A stretch of 64,000 nucleotides of DNA, from the NCBI GenBank assembly GCA_002269645.1, contig NIVC01001081.1, forward strand, positions 62,001 to 126,000, written 5' to 3'. Both the position numbers and the translations under genes were made by a program. The stretch comes from Macrostomum lignano (Eukaryota). Numbering within the stretch: position 1 is the first letter of the stretch; the number at the start of each line of letters is the position of its first letter. Below, piece by piece: positions 1-26,116 of the stretch. The notes under the pieces were generated by a model that was given only the letters and a program-made list of their open reading frames with translations, was not told the origin of the DNA and made no database searches.

Positions 1-895
1 TCTCTGTGATCCCATTGTGACTTTCTGTGATCCCATTGTGACTCTCTGTGATCCCATTGTGACTCTCTGTGATCCCATTGTGACTCTCTGTGATCCCATT
101 GTGACTCTCTGTGATCCCATTGTGACTCTCTGTGATCCCATTGTGACTCTCTGTGATCCCATTGTGACTCTCTGTGATCCTATTGTGACTCTCTGTGATC
201 CCATTGTGACTCTCTGTGATCCCATTGTGACTCTCTGTGATCCCATTGTGACTCTCTGTGATCCCATTGTGACTCTCTGTGATCCCATTGTGACTCTCTG
301 TGATCCCATTGTGACTCTCTGTGATCCCATTGTGACTCTCTGTGATCCCATTGTGACTCTCTGTGATCCTATTGTGACTCTCTGTGATCCTATTGTGACT
401 CTCTGTGATCCTATTGTGACTCTCTGTGATCCCATTGTGACTCTCTGTGATCCTATTGTGACTCTCTGTGATCCCATTATGACTCTCTGTGATCCCATTA
501 TGACTCTCTGTGATCCCATTGTGACTCTCTGTGATCCCATTGTGACTGTGATCCCATTGTTACTCTGTGATCCTATTGTGACTCTGTAATCCCATTGTGA
601 CTCTCTGTAATCCTATTGTGACTCTGTGACTCGATTGTGATTCTGTGACGCGATTGTGACTGTGACCCGATTGTGATTCTGTGACCCCATTGTGACTCTG
701 TGACCCATTGTGACTGTGACCCCATTGTGATTCTGTGACCCCATTGTGACTCTCTGACCCATTGTGACTTTGTGACCCATTGGGACTTTGTGATCTCATT
801 GTGATTCTGTGGAGTCATTGTTGTAACTCTGTGATCCCACCATGATTTTGTGATTCTGCCATGACTCTCTTTGTTTCCACCGTGACTCTTTTTGA
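1..895. repeat. 21-bp minisatellite (GATCCCATTGTGACTCTCTGT), degenerating after ~570; ATP13A intron
   Basis: Tandem units read directly; translate as CDPIVTL. Confidence 0.97.
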
Positions 896-904
896 TCCCT
901 TCTA

Positions 905-1592
905 GCTGTGACCCCATAGCACAATGATCCCATAGCACAATGATCCCATCGCACAATGATCCCATAGCACAATGATCCCATAGCACAATGATCCCATAGC
1001 ACAATGATCCCATCGCACAATGACCCCATAGCACAATGATCCCATAGCACAATGATCCCATAGCACAATGATCCCATAGCACAATGATCCCATAGCACAA
1101 TGATCCCATAGCACAATGATCCCATTGCACAATGATCCCATAGCACAATGATCCCATAGCACAATGATCCCATAGGACAATGATCCCATCGCACAATGAC
1201 CCCATAGCACAATGATCCCATAGCACAATGATCCCATAGCACAATGATCCCATCGCACAATGATCCCATAGCACAATGATCCCATAGCACAATGGTCCCA
1301 TAGCACAATGATCCCATAGCACAATGATCCCATAGCACAATGATCCCATAGCACAATGATACCATAGCACAATGATCCCATAGCACAATGGTCCCATAGC
1401 ATAATGATACCATAGCACAATGATCCCATAGCACAATGGTCCCATAGCACAATGATCCCATAGCACAATGATCCCATAGCACAATGATCCTATAGCACAA
1501 TGGTCCCATAGCACAATGATCCCATAGCACAATGATCCCATAGCACAATGATCCTATAGCACAATGGTCCCATAGCACAATGACCCATGATC
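905..1592. repeat. 16-bp minisatellite (GATCCCATAGCACAAT); ATP13A intron
   Basis: Direct tandem units ending next to the donor at 1601-1605. Confidence 0.97.
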
Positions 1593-1605
1593 CCAAATCG
1601 CTCAC

Positions 1606-17278
<15,673 letters not shown>

Positions 17279-17449
17279 CTCGGCAGCATAACAGGGCGCA
17301 TAGAAAATGGCTACCTGTGAACATTAATGTTGGAATGATGGGGGAATAGTTTTGTAAAATTGTTATGAAATATTTTACTATTACTAAAATAAAAACTTTT
17401 ATGCTGTTTTTGTTTGATATTTTTATAGATAAAATAAACAATTGATAGA

Positions 17450-17716
17450 CAGGGGCGTAGCCAGGATTTTTTTTTGGGGGGTATCGGTTAGCTGTTATCA
17501 AAAAGCAAGGGCTTGAGATCCACATATCCCCTTAATGTATTTCTAGTGCATAATACATATAATTACTCTATTTGTTTGTTAATTGTTATTCTTTCGATTT
17601 GGATACCTTTCTCTTCCTTAACGGTCACAATTGCAACTGAAAAAAGGAAAAAAATGTTGCTTTGGAAATTTGGGGGTATCGGCCGATATACCGATACCCC
17701 CCTCGCTACGCCCCTG
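17450..17716. mobile_element. hAT-type MITE (267 bp)
   Basis: TIR CAGGGGCGTAGC...GCTACGCCCCTG, subterminal GGGGGTATCGG/CCGATACCCCC, and a perfect 8-bp TSD TTGATAGA (17442-17449 and 17717-17724). An 8-bp TSD is the established hAT signature. Confidence 0.9.
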
Positions 17717-19737
17717 TTGATAGATACATAATTTAGGACAATAAAAACCATAGCTATTATAGGATTTATACCAGCCTAATGTCTAATATTTTTCTAGTTT
17801 TTTTAACCTAATATATGAGCTAAATAAAAATTAAGTTAAACTACAAGGAGATAAAAAATAACTGTTTAGAAATTTAGTCATGGGAAAAATAATTTTGCTT
17901 AGGTTTAATACCTTTGATTTTTTGGCAGAAGGCTAAATTATTATTATTGGAGCCAAATATAGACATTCTAAAACACATCACATGTATATATTTTACTTGG
18001 AAATATTATTTAGTTGCTAATAGCAATTTAATTAGATTAGAATTGACATACATACATACATGTACAATTAAATTGGTGACACAGCATTGAGAAAAATATT
18101 GTTATTTCAGTTTGTTTAAAACTCTCACGATTAGACTTACAACAAGTAATTTTCGATCTTTCGGACTGCGCAGATCATTATTTATTATGAGTGCGAATGA
18201 ATAGCTGGTAATAATTATATTAATCAATGATATAAAGAAGTGCTAAGAGCTTGGAATCAAACTGCAATAAACGACACTCAATTGTTTAATATCATAGCTT
18301 AAAGAGTTATTTGTAAGATTGCGATTATAGTTAGTTAGCCACCAACCAAGAAGTATACGGCAAAAGCAAAATGATTACAACTGACCGGAATCTGGGCTAG
18401 CTTAATTAAATACTCTCAATACCCACGTTGATTACTGAAAAGGACTCAGTTAAAAATATTATAAATATTATAAAAGAAAATCTTAAGGACACAAAATTAA
18501 AGTTTTAAAGAGAAATTTTTATTACAATATTGTTTTCATTTCTGCTTATTTCAACTTAAGAGCATTCAACTTTGTTAAAATCTACAATTGTACAACGAAG
18601 TCAACCTTAAGTCCTATTCAACCTTAAGTCCAGGTTATTAAGTCCTAGTTAGAATGCATCTGATTTTCAGGAAAAATTGCACAAAAGATTATAAAACAAT
18701 GAAATAACTTTTCTAACAAACTTTTCATACAACATTCCTTTTAACCTAAGTTCTAGCTCACAAAATCACAATAGTAGCGCGCGTATTTGGGTAGGGAACG
18801 ATTGAAAAAAAAGAAGGCGCGGAGCGAGTCGCGGGTAGAAGTAAAAAGCGGAATAGAATTTATTGAACGGAGAGCGGAGGGAGACGGAGGAAGAATATGC
18901 AGCTGTCCTATTTTGGACCCCATGAAGAAGCTGAAGTACATTTGAAGTTCCACGCCTTCATCAGAAGATTGCCGATCATCATGCATCCGAGCACCACAAG
19001 CAGCTATAGTATATATATATATATATAGTTAAGAGTGTATCGAGAGAGCGTGCGAAAATGCGGACGTCATTGCGGTGTCAATTTGATATTGAAACATTTA
19101 AATTTAAATAAGTGCAAAATCTAACCTTGTCACCAATCCAGTAGTCTCCATAGCGTCCCTCACCAAACTTAACTCGATCGCTCGGTCGTTTACAGTATTA
19201 AAATCAAAACTGCCCGCAGCTCAATGGAGTTCTGGGTAATAAAAAAAATCGTGCATGAGCACACTTTTTGCATGCTAATCTTGTCAGGGTTTATATAGTC
19301 TATTTAGTGATCATTATTATTTATTGACTGGTGCATTGGCAATTCAATTGGTAAGTGTATGCATAATAAGTGTGCATATAAGTATGCATAAGTGTGCAAA
19401 CTCTAGCAATTCATCACTGAAGTGATAATATTGATTTCTTGACTTGATGCAAGTAATGAAAAGTACAGTTACGAGTATTAAGAGGGTAAACTTTAAGTAA
19501 ATATTGCCTCAGCCATTAATACTGCTGCATTTCGTCGAGCAAAGTTTTCTCGACTTCAAAGGTTTGTTCAACGAGCTTCCAATAAAGTATCTTTAAGACA
19601 GTAATATTCTGCACAAAGTTGTTACGCTGTTACAGAACCAGCATCTCAACCTCATTAGAGATCGAGTACATGTATTTAAAACCGAAGCCATGTGACCAAA
19701 CGATGCCCTGGGCATAAGCAGCAGCAAGCCAAGTTTT

Positions 19738-20286
19738 TTTACTGTCCGTTCAAGTGAGCGTTGAAGCAAGATGCGATCGGGACCACAAGGCCCCAAGGTA
19801 CGCCGTTGCACAGTGGATACCTTAGTGGCGTCCTTCGTGCTGAGCTGCATCTGTCGTTGTCTACAGAGAGACCGTCTCTGTGTACAGAGAGACCTCTACA
19901 GAGAGATACCGGCGCTGCCGGAGAAGCCGGACACGCTCAACCGGTAGTTGTCCGACTCAGGACCTACGGAGAAGCTGGAGTACTCAGCCCAGTGCTCAGA
20001 GTCGTTCCACGCCTTCATCAGGATCCTCAGCTTCCGAGGACCAGAAGCAGTGAGAGTGTGGAGAGAGTTCAGGCCAGGGAAGACGCGGACGTCATGGCGG
20101 TGTTTGTCATTGAAGTCCGAGTTGGAAAAGGAAGCGAATGGAGCAGATCTGGGATGCACTCACCGATCCAGTAGTTTCCGTCGGGTCCCTCGCCGAACTC
20201 GCTCTGGTACTGAGTCCAGTTGCGGTAAAAGTCCACTGAGCCGGAATCCTGTGCTGCACGGTGGTCCAGCAGTCACTGTCGGCTGT
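19738..20286 (-). pseudogene. Fibrinogen C-terminal (FReD) domain pseudogene
   Basis: WTTVQHR/[frameshift][27 protein letters not shown]|[75 protein letters not shown]. Several frameshifts and stops; the intron at 20075-20163 ends in CTG rather than CAG. Confidence 0.85.
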
Positions 20287-20690
20287 CTGCAAGGTGACGC
20301 AGGTTTTCACATGAAACAATGGGTTTTTTCCATACGAGTGACTCAATCACACTCACTGAGCTCCCTTGTTCTCATTGCGGCACTTCCTGCAGTGGCTCAG
20401 ACTCAGGGGAACACCTGAAGTGAGCGCACAGGCCGGAGCTGGCGGCTGGAACGACACCAGCTGCACCCTGAAGTCGGAGAGATTGTTGCGAATCGCCCGG
20501 CCGCCACTTTTTCTCTGATTAAGCCGCGTCACAACCAGAGAGTTTGATTGCAGCCAGCAGCATCAAACGAGACAGAGATTCTACATGAAGGTGTAAGAGA
20601 CGATTACAAGAAATGATCTCTTTTGCAGTATCTCCTGAGCAACCAAGTTGAGATCATAAGTTTTGCATGGTTTGCTAAGGCCTCAGGATT

Positions 20691-20826
20691 GGGAGCACGA
20701 GAATTGCCCGCGAGCGAATTGCCAGCGAGCGAATTACCCGCCTAGTAGCAAAATGCGCTGCAGGAAAAAAGCATTGCGGGAAAACCTCAGCGGGCAATTC
20801 ACTCGCGGGAAAATTCTCATGGACCC
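20691..20826. mobile_element. Small foldback/MITE-like element with ~34-bp imperfect terminal inverted repeats
   Basis: GGGAGCACGAGAATTGCCCGCGAGCGAATTGCC versus the reverse complement of the right end, GGGTCCATGAGAATTTTCCCGCGAGTGAATTGCC; only a partial TSD (CTCAG). Confidence 0.6.
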
Positions 20827-21606
20827 CTCAGATGGATTCTACGAGTATATATTCTCTGGGAGCGGCCTTCTCGTCCCATTTTCTTAGCAACAACAGCAGC
20901 TGAGGGGATGATATTTTTGACAAGGTCTTTTTAGGTCTAAGTAAACTTAGCTTCACATCAGTCGTGTGGAAAAATTCTTTTTTGCACGGCTTAGGTCTGA
21001 GCATTTCAAAATTTCAGCCTCAGGGATCCCGCGAACTGAAAAGGGAATGTCTACTCGCTTGAACGGACCGAGAGTCACGGGTAGTCAGAGAGATGAAGCA
21101 TGAAGCCATTGGAAGGGAGAGGGCGGAGAGAGGTCTAGGGGAGAGCGGAAAAGACCCGAGCTTCTGAGTAATGCCATCTTCGCAGCAAATTTATCTATCA
21201 CAAATTAGAAAAAAATCATCTTGTGTGTTGCTGTCTATTCTGCTACCCAATTCTGCATGCTAGCTGTGAAAGAGATGGAGGCTGGGTATACTCAAGTAGT
21301 TAGCTCGCACTGCTCATGCACATTTCAGAGCAACCCTCAGGCCGACTACCCGCGTGTCCTAGCAACATTGTGCGGCAAGTAGCCGAATCTCATCACAGAG
21401 AATCGCTCCCACTACTGCACTCGCACTCGAAGACAATGCGGGAAAGAAAACTGGAGACTAGAGATGAGTAGGTGGCCGGCCATAAAAACTCGAATGTGCA
21501 TTGAAAGCAACTGTGCGCACCGCATCTCATAAACTCTCAGCCTCTCGGGCTCTACACCGCGCAGAGACTGAAACGCGGTTTCCAACCGCAAACCGCAGTT
21601 GCCGGC

Positions 21607-22233
21607 ATGATTCACGCCAACAACGGTCACGCTTCCGGCGCTCAACCCGAGGCGGCGACGGCGCCGCGTCAGCGCCCGCTCCGGTCGCGCTGCGTGTCGC
21701 CGCGCCTCGTCCTGGCCTCGATTCTGGCCTTTCTAGTGCTCCTGCTCATCCCCTTTTCCGTAGTTGAAATCGTGATTGGCGCCCAGTTCTGGGACTCCTG
21801 CCCCATAGAGCGGCTGGTGCCCATCTACCTGGTGTTCAGCGGCTGCCTGGGCCTGGCGCTCTGCTCTCTGTGCGTTGTAAACTTCACGACCGTGTTTGGC
21901 TACTGCAGGAACCGCTGCTGCGTCAGCTCGAAGGAGTGGCGAGTCGGCGCCACCGTCTGCTTGGCCATCATGAACTGCATGTGGCTCGTGTGCGGCTTCG
22001 GCTTTGTCTACAAGGCGGACGCGCTGCACCTGACGGACGATGTGACTTCGCTGACGAGCACCCTGCCCAGCCATGTCTATCAGTACTGCAACAACAACCT
22101 GCTGGACTTCTCCAAGGCGGCGCTGTACGTTCGCACCGTCTTCCTGGTTTGCCTGCTGGCGGCAAAGCAGGTGATGTACTTTGACCAGGCCGACCTGGAG
22201 AAGAGAGGCGCCAGCAAGCCGCTGCTGTCCTGA
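21607..22233 (+). CDS. Intronless 208-aa four-TM membrane protein, TMEM272-like
   Basis: GC-rich open ORF with 4 hydrophobic segments; IVIGAQFWDSCPIERLVPIYLVFSG resembles the TMEM272 IG..Y...CP.E..IPIYL.V.G motif (from recall). Confidence 0.8.
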   Translation: MIHANNGHASGAQPEAATAPRQRPLRSRCVSPRLVLASILAFLVLLLIPFSVVEIVIGAQFWDSCPIERLVPIYLVFSGCLGLALCSLCVVNFTTVFGYCRNRCCVSSKEWRVGATVCLAIMNCMWLVCGFGFVYKADALHLTDDVTSLTSTLPSHVYQYCNNNLLDFSKAALYVRTVFLVCLLAAKQVMYFDQADLEKRGASKPLLS

Positions 22234-23045
22234 TGATCCGCGCTGTCCAGGACCCATGAACTCCGATTGCGGCATTTGAAACTGGGACTTGTACCCACTC
22301 GTGTTAATCATACTCCAATGTACTGCTAACTGATTCACTTTTTTATGTGCTTGCGAGCTAAAATTCCATTTTAAAAACTGTGAAGATGGTTACGCGGGTT
22401 GCTCATGGAGGCTGAGGCTTTTCCAGTTGTGCTTATGAAGAGCTGAGGCCTTCCCGTTACTCATGAAGGGGCTTAGCTCTACTGTTTGCACTGAGACAAT
22501 CAGAGAACAATGTTGAACTGTCAATCCTAAAGTGTCGATAAGAGGTCAAATTGTACTTTAAGCTGTACGCTTGAAACAGTAAGAGACTTTTCGCTTCTGT
22601 TTATGGCTATCGCAAACAATTTTTAAGTGTAAATTTCCTCGAAAACAGTAAAATTTCAGACGCCGTTACTTTGTTTTTAACAATAAAAATTGATTAAAAA
22701 TACTTGATTTCTCTACTTTCGCCAAAATTGTAATAGCCTTTTATTTTCAACATGTTCCTTTTTATTTAACTCCTTGTCTCGCTTGCATCAAAGTTCTACC
22801 CTTGACCTTCTCTTTGTACATGAGAGGACAAGTCTTTTATTTGTGTGGTTCAGTAGCATATTAACATACAATGTCTAGCTACTTTTAGTAGTAAAGCAAA
22901 AACTGGCGGATTGGCCACTCGGACACAGCCAATTGCTGGAGGCTTCATAGAGCTCGATAAAAACCGAATTCACATTAACTGACTCACCGCCACTTACAAG
23001 CGTTAGTAAGAACTTTACTGACCAGCGCATTGGCATGGAGTCACT

Positions 23046-24614
23046 ATGAAGAGCCCTGAGACGCAGGCCTCCGACTCCGACTTGACAAAGGAGCACAGGA
23101 ACGGATCAGAACCAACCAACGACAGAATCCTTGAAGCTGTGATCACCGAGGGCTTGCCAACCATCGCTAGATACCCTGAAAAGCCGTTAAACAAAGACCG
23201 GCTGATTGACAAAAACGGCTAAGATACTTCTCCTTTGCACTTGGCGTGCCTGCTTGGAAAGCACAGTATTGTCGAAATGTTCCTAAAACATCAAATCAAC
23301 GTGAATATTCGGAACTCGAGTGGCTGCTCACCGCTCTTAATCGCAGCGCACACAAATAATCAAGTCGTGGACTCACTCATCAAAGCTCAAGCAGACGTCA
23401 ATCTTCAAGACATCAATGGTTGCTCTCCGCTCTACAAAGCATCACAGAACGGTCATCAGCAAGTTGTCGATCTGCTAATCAAAGCACAGGCTGACGTTAA
23501 TCTTCAACAGTACGAGGGCAGCTCACCTCTCCACATAGCATCTCAGCAGAACCATACCAAAGTCATTACATTACTCATAAAAGCACTTCTTCCTGAGCGA
23601 CGTCGCTTTGTACCTCAAGGGTGCATTGGGGAAAGACGGAAGCATGGACCAGACTCTGGGCAGCATCTTGAGCACACTGAGAACAGTGATTGATCGGCTG
23701 CCTCAGCTGCTGCAGCAGTTCATGAGCAGTCTGAGACCCGTGAGCGACTCGGGAGTATTCTACTTCCACCCGTTCCAAATCCTGCATGATTTGAGACCAA
23801 GAGCGCCGCCGCCTCAGCCTGACAGTCTGGAGTATCACGTGATTTGCGACGTAGTGAGGGAGTGTCTGGTGCGTCTCTCCCATGGCGACTGCAGCCCACA
23901 GTCTCAGGAGTCGCTCACAGGGCTGATTGCCAGACTGCCAGACTGCGCCCGCTCAGCTCGGGAGGCTCTCAGAGCGCTGGCCTGCCTGAAGTTCGGCTAC
24001 CGAGGAACTGCAGAGAGAATCGTGAGTCAGTGCAGAGACCTCTCGGTGAACAGAGGCATCGCTTGGTCCGCTGAGAGGTCGGCGACCGAGGCGACCACGG
24101 AGTTCGTGTGGCGGCATCTGAGGAGCCGGGACTCTGCGTGGAAGTTCTGCTTTGAGCTTGACAACCAAACAAAGCTATCGTTTTTGAGCGGGTCTCTCAT
24201 CGAGTGCTTTCCGCTGAAGCTATCAAGCAGCACGAATCACCACTACGTGAACTTCGATGCTCTGCTGTGGGCCCTGCAACTTTAGCTGAAAACTGGCAGC
24301 GTTGTGTGCGCCCAAGATTGTATCCGCGATGTTGTTGAGCGGGAAGATGTCGATCAACAGGAGTTGCTGGTGGGCGCTTGGTATTGCTCGCGCATTGAAC
24401 CGTCTTTGGATATTCTGAATAGATTTGAGAAGCTGAGATTAGGCCTTACCGACTGGCTGAAGCTGGAGGTCGGTAAGAAACTGACCTCCTGACTGGCTGA
24501 AGCTGCAGGTCGGTAAGAAACTGACCTCCTGACTGGCTGAAGCTGCAGGTCGGTAAGAAACTGACCTCCTGGAAGCAAAGAGAACCGAAGACGGGTTCCA
24601 AGGTCATCAACTGA
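23046..24614 (+). pseudogene. Ankyrin-repeat protein pseudogene fused out of frame to a helical C-terminal region (probable Mab-21/cGAS-like receptor tail)
   Basis: ATG at 23046; in-frame TAA 23220-23222 inside DKNG*DTSPLHLA; ~4 ankyrin repeats; frame switch near 23585 into HFFLSDVALYLKGA...; in-frame TAG 24283-24285; 40-bp triplication near the end. The ankyrin call is firm; the tail identity is inference. Confidence 0.8.
24451..24570. repeat. 3 x 40-bp tandem duplication inside the pseudogene coding tail
   Basis: GACTGGCTGAAGCTG(G/C)AGGTCGGTAAGAAACTGACCTCCT at 24451, 24491, 24531. Confidence 0.97.
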
Positions 24615-26116
24615 GATCTTTGATTGAACTGGAAGTGAGGATCGTGTGTGCTTTTGCGCAAATAATACCCAGAGGTTGTCAAGGACTAGTGTGAAATAGG
24701 TAATATGCTATACTGAGACGGTTTAATTTGACCCTAATAGAATTTAGAATTCTATAGAATTCTAGATAGGATAAATAGGTCCTATTTTAAATGCAGTGCG
24801 CGCTACCTTCTATGCTGCCTTGAGAGTTAGATGCAACATTAAACTTGCTTTAGAACTGCTCCTGTGCAGAAAGCAAGGCGATAGCCTACAGCCTCGCTTA
24901 GCTGGCCACAAAAAGCCTACTTAAATCATCTCGTACAGTACAGTCAGTACAGTACAGCGGACTGCAGCTTATAGGTACATGTACTTGTTGGTTTTGCTCC
25001 GCGGTCCTGCTGCGGTTTTTTGTGAGAAATTTGGCGTCTGTAAGAAAGTTATGACTTACGTGTATGATAATCTCGGTTTTCATTTAGATTTGCATTTACC
25101 CCGGGAAACCTGCAGCAGCAGGAAGGCAGAATGGTATGTACATGTAGCTAGTCAATCAGTTTGCGAAGCAGATTGCTGACTGCGATGGAGACCGTTGCAA
25201 CCTGCAATTGAGTAAAAGTAGCAGCCTCCGTATGGAGTTGGCTTCAGAGCGGTCAAATAGGTGCCCGAGGGGCGGAGTCTGGATACCTGCAATTCTAAGC
25301 AGAGAGGAGCAGCAGCTGAAAAGCGTATCAAGTTCCCCATAGTTGTCCTTCGATCCTCATTCAGAAATCTGCCTTACCAAACTATTTTAATTTCCTATTT
25401 AACTCCTAACTTCCTAAGTTGGCACACATAGAAGAGTAGCCAGGCCCGTGCCCGTACATACTCTGAACATTCTGTTTGATTGCTACACTGCATGATGAGT
25501 TTGAACAGCCCATTAGTGCTCTTTCTGTATGGAATTATAGATTTGTCATTGATGAGCTAAACTACATGTATGCATCTAGAAAAACATGCATGTTTCAAAT
25601 CCCGATCCCGTAACTTTTTTCAAGAAATTTTTTAAAACCGGGAATTTTTTTAGCTCTTTAGGTGTGTTGCGTAAAATCTTTACATAATTAATAAAGAGAT
25701 GACAGAAGATGATTACTTCTTAGAAGTTATTAACGTTAGAAAACATTTCTAGATTGTTTTACGCTTCCGTTTTTCGGTTTTGGAAATAATTAGAATTATC
25801 CTGGTTCTGGAGATAATTATTGTCAAAATTCCCAATAAGCAGATAAAATTGATCCAGTTCCAGTGAGAATATGGGGAGTTATTGCTTTTAAAATTATTAT
25901 ACAAAAAAATTAACATTCTGTCAAATTGTTTTATTTAGACTGATTGGATTTTGTCTCAAATTTTTGTAAAGATTGTTTTACTTTGTACTGCTTCAATGGA
26001 AACAAAAATTCAGTGTTTATTCTTTCCGTCATTTTTTAGTAAATTATCGTAATATTGGTGTACTTCCATGCACCAGGCTATCCAGCTGGCGGATATTAAT
26101 ATAATTATTCTGAATT

